Positions 1 to 28,066 of a stretch of 64,000 bases of DNA are shown here, piece after piece. The DNA comes from Yuukianura sp. NJ FZ-2021. Lineage: Eukaryota. Positions within the stretch are counted from its first letter, which is position 1, and the number at the start of each line of letters is the position of its first letter. The stretch covers positions 558,001 to 622,000 of the forward strand of contig CM102284.1 of assembly GCA_046563655.1 (NCBI GenBank). Direction: 5' to 3'. The position numbers and the translations under genes are program-made. Under the pieces are notes generated by a model. It was not told the origin of the DNA. It did no database searches and worked only from the letters and a program-made list of their open reading frames with translations.

Positions 1-1616
1 GCCTTTTCAAAAATTTCAAAAATTTGTATTTGAAATTTTAGAAAAATTGTTTTGAGAAAAAGTTTAAAGTGTTTGTGGTGGGGCCTTATGTTGTATTAGG
101 TGGGGGCGGTGGTGGCTCCGGGGGCTTTTCAGTAGTTCACTCTTCCTTCAGTCACGTGCCGCATTTAGTACTCAGTAGTCTCCTAGTTCTGCTCCATCTG
201 CAGTGTCGCTCCTATTAATTAGTTAAAATATATTAACTAATTAAGATATATTAATTAACTTAGAATATACTCCAACTGCCGATATTCCACTATCACATTC
301 TAATTTATACATATAATCAATAATGTTATATGTATATATTATATTATATAAAGTGCAGCCACACAACCTAACTTTGTAACACTTTGTAACTATACGAGTC
401 AAAACACCAAAATAAAACTTTTTTTAAATGAAATCAAATTATTTGCTCAAAATTCAAACTTTTTAGTACAAAATTTAAACTTCGAGTCAAAAATTTTGCA
501 AAACCAAACACCAATATAGCAATTTACTCCCATAATATTTTTCATCCCTCATTTCAAAACAGTTTTTGACGCTCCAGCTGAACATAAAACCAGAAAAACA
601 AAAATATCCATAACTCTATAACTTAAAATTAAAAGTAAAATTATTGTTTTAACATTTGTCATAATTTGAAACAATTTCGTCCCAAAAACAGTTTTAAATT
701 TCACTAAAATTTCTTCTTTCAGAAAATGCAGCACGGCATTTGTCAACTTTTGAGACTTTGGCAATAAAGTTTGAACTTTTCAAAAAACTTGACTTTTTTT
801 AAACAAAGAAATGAAGGTAACCTCTAAACCAAAGGTGAACAGTGATCAAGAAAAACAGTAATACATAGTAGTAGATAGAAAACATAACACATATTACATA
901 AAATGCATAGTACATAAACATAATACATAAAATGCATAGTACATAATACATAAATGCAAAAAGATGAAACAGAAAAAGAGTTCGTAAAATGAAAACAGAA
1001 AAAAGTTTGTTGTATCTGTAATTTGTAAACACGTTTTGAGTTATGGCAGTGAGGATAAAGTGGTCTCGGACGTAACAATTTAGTTCTTAAGTGATTAAAT
1101 GTAAACATTTAACTTTAATTAACTTTAACTATAGTTAAGTTAAAGTTTACATAGCAGATCCCTCATTTCTAACTTTCTACAAAGGCAACAAGCACAAGAT
1201 TATTAGAGATTCTTAAGTATTTCATAGGTTATAGTCTTGTGTCGAATTTTTAGTATTAGGCACAGTGAGGATTTCAAATTCAAAATTTCACAAACCAGAA
1301 AACTCCAAAATTTAAAAAAATAACCAAATTGGAAAAAAAGTTTATCCCACAAGTATTTCATCCCAGATCAACCGAAATTTAGCAGAATTTGATCCAAAAA
1401 ATAAAATTTTGTACTCCCTTTCTTAAAATACTTGAATTAATATCCTTTAAAGCCATTTTGACTCACTTTCAGCAATTGAATCAACTAATTAATCAAAACT
1501 TGAATTAATTAAAACTTAACTTTACAATTAACTCTCCCCAACAATTAGTATTTTTTTCCTATCTCCCAACAACCACAACAAAAGCAAAGCTCCATCTAAA
1601 ATTCCCGCTGTTTTTT

Positions 1617-15473
<13,857 letters not shown>

Positions 15474-17433
15474 CTCGCTTGGTCCTTAATCGTTGCTCCT
15501 TCCGTAGCAGGATTGATGATTGATTGTTTCTAATTACTCGGTACTAACCAACGTCCGGAATTCGAACGCTTGACTAACGTTTACGTCCTCGCAGTCGTCC
15601 AGTCGATATATCCAGCAGTCCGGATCCTCGGATTCCGTCGATTTCGTTCGTATCTTTGTCGTTTTACTGGAAAAGAAGAAAAACTTAACGTTAGACCAAG
15701 TTGTTGCAACTTCAATTAGTAATTGGTAGGCCTTGTCATCTAATGATCTAATGAACCTCAACCTCAGAAAGTCTCCTTGAACTAAATGCCATGCCTTACC
15801 ACAACCACAATTGGCAACAGGCTTAAAAAATTCAGAAGATGCAGTTAATTTACCTAGTCGTTAGTATGCAAATTACACTTTTAACGTGAAGTTTAGAAGC
15901 GGATGACGATGACGAACAGATGTTGTTGGTCAGTTAAAACACTTTATTGCATAACAAAAAATAAGGAAATTAGCGTTTTTGCTAGTATTTTGGGCAGGGA
16001 GGTGTTTATTTTTTTGTTTGTTATGAAACAGATTCGCAAATTAGTTTAACACAACACAATTCCCACTCAATTGACTCAACAGTGATAAAAGGTCTTTCGC
16101 CCTAAAATTTCGGTTGACGTGAGGATATACCGAAGCAACTGTATCCAATGTAATAACTCAAATGACAAACATATACGCAATGCACACCAAACCGAGCAAT
16201 AATGTGATAAACCAGAAGTATAAGAATACTTTCTAGTAGTATTATTTCGAGCCATTTCTGCCGAATAAAACCAGACAAAACAAAACATATTATTCTCTGG
16301 ACGAAACGTCAAAAAATTGGGTATCCAGCGACATTGCTCGTACATATAGCGTGGTCACATTTGGCAAACTCTTCTTTACTTTAACGGAAAAACGTAAACA
16401 AATTCCACGCCCTGACAGAGATGGGCAATGTACCATTAGAAAAACTGCTGAACAATATATGTTTTGATTTTGGTAGAAATAGTAGATACTGGCGAATTTT
16501 CAAAGGCCAAGGTTCACCTTAAATTTAACTAGTTGTGTTTAAATTAATCTACCTTTGCGTTAAAAGTTAATTGGAATAAGCTGCATCACAACTATAGAAT
16601 AGGACTATGTTGTTGGAGTCCGAAAGATCAACTGGTTGGTGAACCGGTATACCTATTTAACAGTCGACTGACGTAATCACGCGTTATGTGCTGCGTAGTG
16701 TAAACCAGAACATTTTAAATTAAATTGTATTATGAAAATCTTAATATTTAAATAGTTTAATATCATGTTTAATAATAATCTGATAATTAATTTACAATAA
16801 CTTTATCAGGTCTTTATATAATTACTATGTGTTCTTTAAGATTAGCTTCATCGAAGTTTTTGTTATTAGGAACTAGGGAGTGGTATCCTTGCTGTGGTGC
16901 ACGACTCTAGCGATCAAAAGCGTTTTGACGCGGCGGCTGATTTGAATTTTCCGCTCGGAATTTCGAAAAAAAGCAAACCGAACCGAACGAAAGAAGAAAG
17001 AATTGGATTCGGTATTCGGTTTTATCGGGGATCTCCATCAGTATTCGGGTATTCAGTTTTCAATCATTCATAACTCCGCTCAGACACACACAATAAACAG
17101 TGATACACAAAACCGAGACAGTGAAAATCAGATAAGAGATAACAGACACTTTTGTACGGTCGGAGAACACGACAAGACAAGTATACTAAACAGAAAGGAA
17201 GGCAGTCTGCTTAATTTACGTTACATCAACGATTGTTTGCAATCTGTAGACAAGTAAGTAACAAACATAATACTCAGCAACTACCAGTACTGTGCTGGCA
17301 GCACATGGATGTAGTGATTGATAAAATTTTTCATTTCATTCCAGTTCCTTTCGAGTTCAGTCTCTGTGGAGGTCATTGACCTCGTTCATAAGCGTGAATG
17401 CTCAAATCAAAGGTTAAAAGTGTTACGAAGGGT

Positions 17434-19448
17434 ATGGGAGGAGGACATAAAGACTTGGATCGACAAATCGAACAGCTCAAGAGATGTGAAATCATCAAGG
17501 AATCAGAAGTGAAGGCACTCTGTGCTAAAGCACGGGAAATCCTTATTGAAGAATCCAATGTCCAGAGAGTCGACTCCCCTGTCACGGTAAAACTTCAACT
17601 GTAAATCATAACAAACCTAAACAGTTCATACGTCTTAGTCTTAGCGAATAAGGGCAAGGATTAGTAATCGTGGATTACTGAGACAATGAGGTGTTCTGTT
17701 CACTTTTTATGTTGTCATTGTAGGTTTGTGGTGACATTCATGGACAGTTTTACGACTTGAAGGAATTGTTCAAAGTGGGTGGCGACGTTCCTGAAACGAA
17801 CTACTTATTCCTTGGGGATTTTGTTGACCGAGGATTCTACTCTGTTGAGACGTTTCTCCTTCTTCTGGCTCTGAAAGTAAGCAGACATTCTTACATTTAA
17901 CTACAGTTGAACTTGAAGGTTGATTAATTGATGTTCCTTTCCGATTATACAGGTCCGTTACCCTGATCGTATTACGCTAATCCGAGGAAACCATGAATCT
18001 CGCCAAATTACTCAAGTTTATGGATTCTACGACGAGTGTCTTCGGAAGTACGGTTCAATTACTGTATGGAGATACTGCACTGAAATCTTTGACTATTTGT
18101 CCCTCTCTGCCATCATCGATAACAAGGTCAATTGAATACGCACTTCCCGCTTCTTTCCTACGATTCGAAAACGTTTGCTTATGATTCTAACTACTTTGTC
18201 ATCTGTGTTGCTCCAGATCTTCTGTGTCCATGGTGGTCTCTCTCCATCCATCCAAACTCTTGACCAGATCAGATCCATTGATCGGAAGCAAGAAGTTCCT
18301 CATGACGGACCAATGTGTGACCTTCTTTGGTCAGACCCAGAAGGTAACACTTAACAAAAATTAAAACGTTTTACACTCGTTCTCTCTTATCACTGTACCC
18401 TTCCTTCCTTAAAATCTTACGTAACTTTTGCAAAGACTTTGACAATTATTGCAACCTCGGCTCATATTTTTTGTTGCGTGACCTTGACTGAAGTTGGGCT
18501 ATAATTCAAAAAGTAATCCAGAGTTATAAACCCTGTTTCATTTTTAATGAGGACTTCATAATAGCCTTAATCCCTCATCTCTCACAACTCTGGAATATAA
18601 ATGTCTCAATTACTCTCAAATTGGTTATGGTAACTTAGGATGATTACGCTTATGGTTATAGATGGTTATAAGTGGTTATGGTTCGATGTTTATGATTATT
18701 ATTTTTTTGTTTCAGACACGACTGGATGGGGAGTTAGTCCGCGTGGAGCAGGATATCTTTTTGGCTCTGACGTCGTCACGCAGTTCAACCATTCCAACAA
18801 CGTCGACTTAATTTGTAGAGCTCATCAACTGGTTATGGAAGGATACAAATGGCACTTCAATGACACCGTCCTCACCATTTGGTCGGCTCCCAACTACTGC
18901 TACAGGTCAGTCATCACAGGTCAAGCTGACCTTGACCTCCTTCAAGCTAAACTTGACCTCGGTCAAGAACTTGGTCACATGATGTTTATAATGCTCCGAT
19001 TTACCCGGATTAGACTATGGATTTTCCATTAGAGTGACTTGGATTCCTAGAATTCAGTCACAACACAGACAACTAGTTTTTCTGACTTTTTTTTTCCTCT
19101 TGCTTGATGCTCAGAATGAGTTGAAAGTTAAGATTTTGTGTCAGAGTTGAGACAAATCCAGTTTGGCTGGAGACGCCTCAAGTCACGGTTCAATGATAAA
19201 TGAATATCAAACGAGTCATGCACATGCTAAACTTTTAATTAACTTGCAGTGCGGTAGTTAATGCTATCCTAACCTAACTTAATTAGTAATTGATTTATGT
19301 TGTTTTTGTTTATTTCAGATGTGGAAACGTCGCAGCTATTTTGGAGTTGGACGAAACCCTGCAGCGGGAATTCATAATTTTTGAAGCAGCTCCACAGGAG
19401 ACGCGTGGAGTCCCTTCCAAGAAACCATCTCCAGACTACTTCCTATAA
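17434..19448 (+). CDS. PPP4C: Serine/threonine protein phosphatase 4 catalytic subunit, ~308 aa
   Basis: Exons 17434-17586, 17724-17876, 17953-18126, 18217-18343, 18716-18905, 19319-19448 (927 nt). [61 protein letters not shown]-terminal KKPSPDYFL*. Confidence 0.97.
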
Positions 19449-20494
19449 ATTCAACAGACTTACGAGCAAATTAGTCTCGTGACCTTGTTTAACCTTGACC
19501 TGTCACCTTCCACAACTAGAAGTGTAAATTAACACGACACAATTTGACATTTCAGAGGTCAGAGGTCAAGTGGGCTAATGCCAATTAGGCTTAAGGGGCT
19601 CTTATTCTTTAATTGATTGGATTGAGTTTTTGTACGATGGACTTCAGGGATCCTAGGCCACAATGAACTTCCTTCTGCTCTGGTCAGAGTGTAATTAGTA
19701 ATTACTGATTTCTAATTACTATGATTGTAATTAGTAATTACTAAACTTTTAATTACTAATTACTCAATTTTGTATTAATGTATTCCTTGGAGCAAGGTAA
19801 TTGATCATCAACACTGTCAATAAAACCCGAGTTGTTTTTATACTTGATCATAGAGTTGTAATTACTCCAGAGTTAATTACGAAATCTGGAGTAACTACTC
19901 ACTCCGGTGATTGAACTACTCAATTTTTATGGCAAAAAAGGCTGAAGTTTGGTTGATTTTCTTTTCAAAAACTTTTGGAATTAGCTTTTCGAATGCGATT
20001 TCGATTTTCTGTAATTTTCAGTACTAAACACAAACGGATTCCTTCGTGTCATCAAAAATTTAACATCAATTTTCTTAAATTTTGTTAAATTACCATAAAC
20101 TGACTAAACTGCTTTGAATTAATTTCGAAAAGTGAAAGTAAGGAAATTAGCTACATTTTCTTTTGTCATTTTTTCCTCACTTTCTTATCCTCACTCACAT
20201 CAGAAGCTTTTGATGACTCAAATTGACAATTTCGCATACTAAATTTCATTTTTCGTAAAAAGAGTCAGAATTTGACTTCAATTTTTTTTTATCTCGGAAA
20301 CAATCAGTAGTTAACGTAATTAATTGTGCGGTGCTAAAAGTGACCAATTTGACTCCTCTTTGAAAATGCAGACATAAAATGGTGGAAAATTTGAGGTTTA
20401 TTGAAATTTACTTTTCAAAACGAGTTGTATTATACATTGGTGATTTAAACTCAAACTAAAACTTTTTCAAAATTTCGAAAATGTGAATCTCAAA

Positions 20495-21854
20495 ATGAGT
20501 GAATCCCAGTTTTTTGTATTTTACAAACTTTTCTTTGCATTTCAATACAAAACGGGCATTATTCCGTTTACCTTTGACCCCCTTCTGGCTCAGTTCAAAT
20601 GCAAGGTCACACGAAAATTTCGACTGCGAAACGCCTACTGTAATTTCATCTTCTGTTTCATTGTTTGTCAAGAAGTGTTATTGATTGTAAGTTCATATAC
20701 ATAATATACATATTCATATATTTTTATTATAATATAACATTAATTATTATATTTAATTGTTTTAGTCTACTAACTTATGGACGGGAGGTGAGAAGGAGCG
20801 GATCAAAAACAGTTTGATTTTTCAAGTCAGTTGGCTCCTCATTTTTCTCCTGATCACAAGCGTTCTGTTTCAGTTTGAATTCAACGCTAAAGAAATTATC
20901 CAAACGTGCACTGAATGGATACATCTCGAGTATTTCATCACGCATGGTACACATTTTTAAAGATTAATGACCCGAAAGGTCAAAGGTCAACGACCCCCAA
21001 AGGTCAAAGGTAACTAACATTTGGTTTTTACAGAGTTAGGGTTTCGGGATCCGCTTGAGAAGATGAGAAATAGAACGAAATTGATGATCGCCATTTTTAA
21101 GACGTTCGTGTACTCCATTCGGTTCGGTTCGTCCGGTTTCGTCGCTCTGTTCTGGTTCGATCCCCGGTTTCCGATATTTCTCTACTCTTTTTTCTCTTTC
21201 GAGTCGGTTTCCGAAGCTCTTTTGATTAAGTTGACCTTTGCACTTTTTGAATGCTCATTCCTCATCTTCATTCTCGGAATTTACACGCTCGGCTTCCTCC
21301 TTCTTCCGATCATCTCCCTCTCTCTCATCAACTGTCTCGATAAACTCATCAAGGTCAGAGGTCAAGGTCACGGGGTCAATGACCCCAAATTTGATATTAA
21401 GGTCAAAGGTCACAAGGTCGTTGACCAGGAAAGCATTCTTTTAGTTTATAAGCGACTGGAAGCTCTCGTGACCCGGCTAGAAGTGAACTTTCGCGGGTTA
21501 ATTCTGATCATGGAGCTGGTGAGCCTCATTGCCACTTCGGTTTTTATGTATGCGCTGATCACTTTCACAGAATCGCTGTTCCAGACGCTGTTTTTCTTGA
21601 TTGTAGTCAGTTTTTTCGTAGGGATCATGGGCTTACTATACTATCCCCTGGCAGCACTCAACCAAAGGTCAATGACCTTCTTGACCTTTATGCACAAAAT
21701 GAACAAAAGAGTGGACAAACAAAGTTCCCGCGTTTGGGTCACGTGTAGACCCCTGATCTTGCGTCCGTTTAGACTTCATTCTGTAAAAAATAGAACCATT
21801 TTAGAGTACGTGACGCTCGTCACTAATTACGTCGTGCTATGTATCTGTATGTAA
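20495..21854 (+). CDS. Multi-pass membrane protein, probable gustatory/odorant-receptor-superfamily 7TM chemoreceptor (~370-400 aa)
   Basis: Exons 20495-20686, 20766-20946, 21034-21854 splice in frame. About 7 hydrophobic segments and a C-terminal T-I-L-E-Y-V-T-L-V-T-N-Y-V-V-L segment reminiscent of GR/OR TM7. Family assignment rests on architecture only. Confidence 0.6.
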
Positions 21855-22011
21855 TCAAAAAACTTAAAAAAAATGTGAAAAAAAAAATTGAAAATAAAAA
21901 AAATTGAATTTTCAAAAAAGAAATAATCTTCAAGCTTCCAGAAATGTTTAACCATTTCCAAAATAGTTGTCGCGATTGGACGACCAGAAAGACAGAAAAT
22001 GCTTGGAGCCT

Positions 22012-22128
22012 GATAGCTCAATGGATAGAGCTTTTCCTGGATTGAGGAGATGTGGGTTCGAGACACACGCGGTGCTTCATTTTTTCTGCACTTTAATTCT
22101 TTGTCTCTCAAGCCGTGTGAGTCCTTTT
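22012..22128 (+). mobile_element. tRNA-derived SINE-like element, copy A
   Basis: A-box-like TAGCTCAATGGATAGAGC, B-box-like GGTTCGAGA, a T-run, and the tail TTCTTTGTCTCTCAAGCC shared with copies at ~38.9 and ~59.5 kb. Confidence 0.7.
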
Positions 22129-22921
22129 ATGTTATTAACATGTTAGTTAAATATTTTTTTGTACTTAAGGTTATTAACTTTAGTTTGTTAGTGTTGAGTC
22201 CAAGGCTTCCTGTGAGGCGTGTCACTCAAGTTTTTGATGCTTAATTGCCGAATGATCATCGCGTAAAGTGACGTCAATTCGAAGATTTGCAAAAATTCGC
22301 AAATATTGTTGCTTCCTAACTTCTTTCTTGCGTAAACCAAAAACCAGTTCATGCAGTAAGACATTTTTCATACAGGTTGTGACGAGTACAACTTCATTGC
22401 AAATTTTTTGCAAATGTTTCCAATTTTTTGCCAATGTATCTCCCCAGTGTACCTCTCAAGTTCTGGACATAAAAGAGCATCTTGCATGTTAAAAGTGTGA
22501 GTGGTGCGAACTTTTTTCGTTTTTTGTTCAAAAACAACAATTGTGGAAGTTTTAATTTTTAATGGACTTTATAAAAGGTTGTGGGAACATGAAATGGAAA
22601 AGTAGTTTCAGACATTCTTCGTAGTCTGTAGCATCTAACTCTTTCGCGCATTCAAAAAACTGCTCTTGCGCAGTACAAAAAACTTGGATTCTGCAGTTAC
22701 GACATTTTTTAGATCCAACTTCCTGGAAATTTGTGTTTTGCTGCGTATTCTTGCAGTCCATTCCTTCAATTCACCTGGTGAAGGTGTAGTGAAGGAGGTC
22801 AAAGGTCAAAGGTCATTTGCAATTGTTAAAACTCTAAAATTTGAAAAGTTCACTTGTGGAAGCCTCGAAATTTTAGAAAGAAAGTTTTCTTATGATTCTG
22901 TTTGAAGAGATAACTATTGGC

Positions 22922-25482
22922 ATGGGTGCCTTTAATTTGAAAAGTTCTGCGCCGGTTCAGAAACGGTTCCTATCTAAACTAGTCACATTTGGTGCTGTCA
23001 CTTTGATACTTTTGGGGGGTAAGTGTCAAATTTTTGAAAATCATTTGAAAAGTAATTTTTATGAGAGAATTCGAAATTGTAAAGCTGAATTTATGACTGA
23101 TGTATGACGGAGTTGTTATGTTATGGTTTCTTTTTTTTTAATTTTTAAGTGATGATTTGCCGAAAAAGTTTTTTTTAATTTGAATCCAAACCGGAATTTA
23201 ATTGGTTTCACTTTTAGTTCGAATTTGCTTTTGATAAATTTACACGTCAATTCAATACCTTTCAAAACCTGTTCTACTTCAAAACGTATAATTTACATAT
23301 CCTGATTCTTAAATAATTTTTTATTAATATACTTATTATATTAATATGTCAAAGAAATTAAGTCATTCAGGAATTAACAAATTTCTTAAGTACGTTCAAG
23401 AACAATTAAAGAAAAAATTATGCAAAAACACGTGAATTGTGAGCAGGATTTTTTTCAGTTAATTTACAACACGTAATTTACAACATTTTTTGTAAATTAC
23501 GTGAATTGTAAATGGAAACGTCAGCAATGCTAAACCATAGTTATAAAATTAAATGAAATTCTATAACTTTTGGAGCACATTTTTTTTAGAATTTAAACAT
23601 AGTTCAAAATTTCAGACGCTGCGTTTGGGCTGGGAACGTGTAAAGCTGGTGAGTTGCGATGTCAGGCTAGCGGCCTATGTGTAGAAAAACACAAAATTTG
23701 TGATGTAAGATTACGAATTTTGAACTTTATAAAAATAACTATGAATTAAATATTTATATATTTTATTTAATTAAAAAGGGAGTCAGAGACTGCACTATTG
23801 ATGGACTCGACGAAAGTGAAATCATCTGCTCTCCAAAATTTAGGAAATCCCTATGCGGGTAAGTTCATATTTCAGATTTATATCTTAAGGCGACATTTGG
23901 TGACAATGTCGCCTGTTGACATGTCATGTGATACGGTCTAAGGCTCCTGTCCGGGAAAGTGACACATCTTCATAACATGAAGAATAATTCCAAGAATTCT
24001 TTTTGACTCATCTTGATCAACCAACCGAGACTTATTTGGAAAACGATTTGCTTTTTTTTTTGAAAAAAAAAATTTGCAAAGTTTTGTGCAAAAAACTTGC
24101 CAAAACCAAGCGAAAGCTTAGTTTCAGGGCACAGGCACAAAAAGCATAAATAATTTAATGCTTTTGTCTTCTTACCACCAAAAACCTTCAATTCAAACAT
24201 TCCCACCCGCAAAAAAAATTACAACGTTAACGTCATTTATTTGTTCAATTCTTGCCAAAATAAAGTTTTTGCAAAAGTCTATCAGCTTTAAGTTTCATAA
24301 TGTCTCAGATTAAAGCAATAATGCTTAGGTTATGCCACGTGCCTGGCTCATATAACTAAAATTATGGTGGGAAATTTTGAAAATTAAATTTGAAATTAGA
24401 ATTATCATTACAGGCATAACCGATTCTCATGACGCATTACGACATACTGTTTACGGTTTCGTAGAAAAAAGAGACACTAATTTAGACATAAAATTTTATG
24501 AACATTAAAATTTGAAATAAACTAGCTATTGAGTTAATCTGTGACAAAAATCCTCTTAAGTTTTCTTTTTTTCTAAAAAACGAAACTTTAAAAAAAACTT
24601 TGTAGGGAAATCCAGAATTTTTGTCAAATTCGATGACATTTCTGGACAAGATTGAATTGAGTTTGTAGTTTGACGGTTCAGAACTGACGCAAATTGAAAG
24701 TGTAACGAGTTTTAAGTGTAGTCATTGTTTTGGAAGTTTTCAAAATGAAATTAATACGACAAAACTCGTCCCGGAACTTCCAAAAACTCGTTTCGTTGTT
24801 TTGCTATTTACTTCTAATTCTCAGGAAAAGTTTCCTTGTGAATTGAAAAGTTTAAGATTTGCAAAAAAAAAAGTTCCAAAAACAAATTCTGTTTGAGAAG
24901 AAGCTACTAATTGGCAGTCCCGTTCAAAATGAGATCAGTTTCGAATTTTCAGAATTTTTCGAAACCCTTCAAATTTTGAAAACGTAACCACTGCTTAGTT
25001 TTTGGGTCAATAAAAGGCTAAAAGGCACTTGCTTTCATTGCTTAGTTTTTCTTTTGAAATGTTAAAGTCATCGTAGAGGTCACTCATGCTTCCAATCGAC
25101 CTTGGATTTTATATGCAAACCACAAGAAATGAAAACTGCAAAAAAAATATCTTTCAAAAAATGAAGTTTTACACAAAAAAGTTGGTGGTTTTAATTTTTT
25201 TAAATTTTGTTTTCAATAGAGCACGCGTGAAGAAAACAGTTTTTCAATGTGAATATGGTGGATGCATTCCAATTACTCGAGTGTGTGACGGATCAATCAA
25301 CTGTAAGAAAAAACTTTTGGAAAATTTTGTTGAAAATTGTGAGAATTTGAAAACAAAAAACGGTAAATTAAAATTAAATTGTTTGTTTTAGGTCTGGATG
25401 GCTCTGATGAGCGGGAAGACGTATGTGGGAAAAACAGGTACGAAAATTATACATTTATCACTAACAATTACGAAATATTTTC

Positions 25483-25513
<31 letters not shown>

Positions 25514-28066
25514 AGGTAGGTTTCACATGCCGAAATTTTTTTATTAAAAAAATCTACTTTGAACAAGAAAAGCGTTTTAAAAACCTGAAAAAAACTGATT
25601 TTTTTTACTTTTATAGCTGTCTGCCTGGTCAGTTCCAGTGCAAATACGGAGCTTGTATTCCAGACTACAAGTTGTGCAATGGCAAAGTCGATTGTCCAGG
25701 TGAGTCCATATCTACTAAACTCATGTTAATTGAAATGTCAATTAATTAGCAATTCAATTTGCATAGACTCGTCCGATGAAAGCTCAGAAGTATGCAGTCG
25801 CAGAAGAGTGTGCAAGGACGACGAGTTTATGTGCAAATACGGGGCTTGCATACCTGAAAGAAAAATGTAAAAAATCAAAAATCAAAAACAACTTCTTTAA
25901 ATCAAAAAATGAGTCACGAAGCCTTAAAACTTACATTTTTGGAAATCAAAATTTCAACTTTTCTTTTTCTTTTTTTTTTTTTCAAAAGTTGTGATGGTTG
26001 GAAGCAATGTGCCGATGGATCGGATGAAACCCCCGAACTCTGCTTAATCACCCGAGCCAAGATGCAGCAAGTCTGGGAAAAAGCGAGTGACCTTGACAGT
26101 GACCTCTACGAGTCCAACTACAGACCGATCCAAACCATGCTCAGTTTAACACGCCGACCAACCACGACCACCACGACATCCAAACCTGGTGGTCGCCTGC
26201 GCAGACCCACTTTGACAACTGCAGCGCCAGTACAAAAAAGAAACAAAACTTCTGAATCCAACAGCATTTCTCAAAATGTTGTCAACAACGAGACAAAAGG
26301 GTGCAGTCTTCCGGAAATTCCGGTCAATGCCGAAGCGTCAATCAGTTCGTGCCGAGTGAATCCGAATGCCGACTACTGCACGTCCGATACCGCAACGGTT
26401 CCAGTTGGAGTCCAAATTCAGTTTACTTGCAGTCCTGGATATGCTTTGAACGGCCCTCCACGAATCATGTGTCGAGAATCCGGAACTTGGTCGGCAATAA
26501 TTCCTTCTTGCGAAGCCAGTGAGTCATTTTGGATCTATTGATTAATTTCACTAATTAATTTGTAAATAATTTATATAATATAATTAATATAATATAACAA
26601 TTACCTTTTGCAGTAATCGATGTGAGGTTTGGTCTGGGCAGAGTGATTCCGAAAGACTTCAACTCCCGCTGCTCCGAACTGACTCCATCTCGCGGAGTCC
26701 AAGTAGAGTGCATTGACCCGGTCAACCTCGAGGTCAAGTCATGCGCAGAACCACAACAAGAAGGCATAGAAGCTCGATTTTCTTGTGCTCCTTACTATCG
26801 CCCGTCGGGAGACCTGCCAATGCACTATGAGAAGTGTCATGATGGCCAATGGTCTCCGGGAGTGGCCAATCAGTTTTCGTGTGTCCCGGATTGTGGAGTG
26901 TCCGAAGTACCCAAGACGCCTTATATCGTCAATGGCCAACCGACGAAGACTGGCCAATGGCCTTGGCATGTTGGGATTTACGTCCAGGTAGATGATGAAC
27001 TCAAGTACATTTGTGGTGGGACGCTGATTACGGAACAGAGTGTCGTAACGGCTTCTCACTGTGTTACGGTTGGCGGTCACGTTAGAAATGCTTCCACACT
27101 GATGCTGTTCCTAGGAAAACAGAAAATTGGTAAGTTATGCCTTTGTCTCAGAATATGTATCAAAAAGGTCAAAAGTCAGAAATAAAAGTCAGTCAGGAAA
27201 AGTCGAAAGTCAGTAAAAGTCATGCTCATTTACTGCGTTCTTACAGAACTTCCGGACGGAGATCCGTTTGTCCAATACCGCAAAGTGTCCAACATCTTGG
27301 TAGAAGATTCGTTCAATCACTTGGCACTGGACTCAGACATTGCCATTTTGGCGCTCGATACTCCTGCAGTCTTGTCTTACTACGTTCGCCCTGCTTGTTA
27401 TCCTCAAAATGCCAATTCTTTTCTGGAAGAGTAAGCAAATTCAATTAAAACTTTATACATTTTTATATATAAAGTATAAAAGAAATTTGAAATAATGTTT
27501 GTCGCTGTAGATACCAGTTAGCCCAAGGGAACTTCGGAACAGTGCTGGGTTGGGGACTCACAGAAAACGGAACACTTTCCTCCTTGCTCAGAATGACTGA
27601 ACTTCCAGTTGTATCCACAGCAGAGTGCGCAGAATCACATCCCGACTTCTTCGCAACGCAGACGAGGTCAACTACATATTGTGCTGGATATCGAAATGGA
27701 ACCAGCGTCTGTAACGGTGACAGGTAACATCAACTTTTCAAAATATAGAAATTTTTTCGGGTTTGGCTAACCTGTGACCTTGGATATTTTGTTTTGTTCA
27801 GTGGCGGTGGCATGTTCTTCCGAGCGACTATCAAAGGATCCACTCGATGGTACATCCAAGGTCTCGTTTCGTATGGAGTTCCACAACCAGGGTCAAAGAA
27901 ATGCGTCTCCACTCACTACGCAGTATTCACAAGGTCTGAAACTCAAAAATTAACCAATTAGAAAACATTTCAAAAATTCTCAACTGATTACTGTTTTGGT
28001 TCTTACAGAGTTGGAAGATACGCAGACTGGATTGTACGAACTCTGTCACGTGAAAACTTAATTTAA
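22922..28066 (+). CDS. modSP: Modular serine protease (4x LDLa, Thr-rich linker, CCP/sushi plus Cys-rich domain, trypsin-like protease), modSP/HP14-like
   Basis: Signal-peptide-like exon 22922-23018. LDLa exons at about 23617, 23779, 25220, 25392, 25617, 25767, 25990; sushi CSLPEIP...CSPGY...W; activation site PY/IVNG; intact triad TASHC, DSDIA, GD-SGG (split by an intron); stop at 28066. Confidence 0.88.

Noticed and set aside
170-212. Possible alternative last exon of flotillin-2 (SDTADGAELGDY*)
   Set aside because: The phase fits a cryptic GTGAAA donor at the normal stop, but the donor is weak and nothing else supports it.
15534-15761. 75-aa minus-strand ORF between flotillin-2 and PP4c
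   Set aside because: No recognisable domain, and it runs across a likely acceptor at ~15668; probably flotillin-2 5' UTR and intron.
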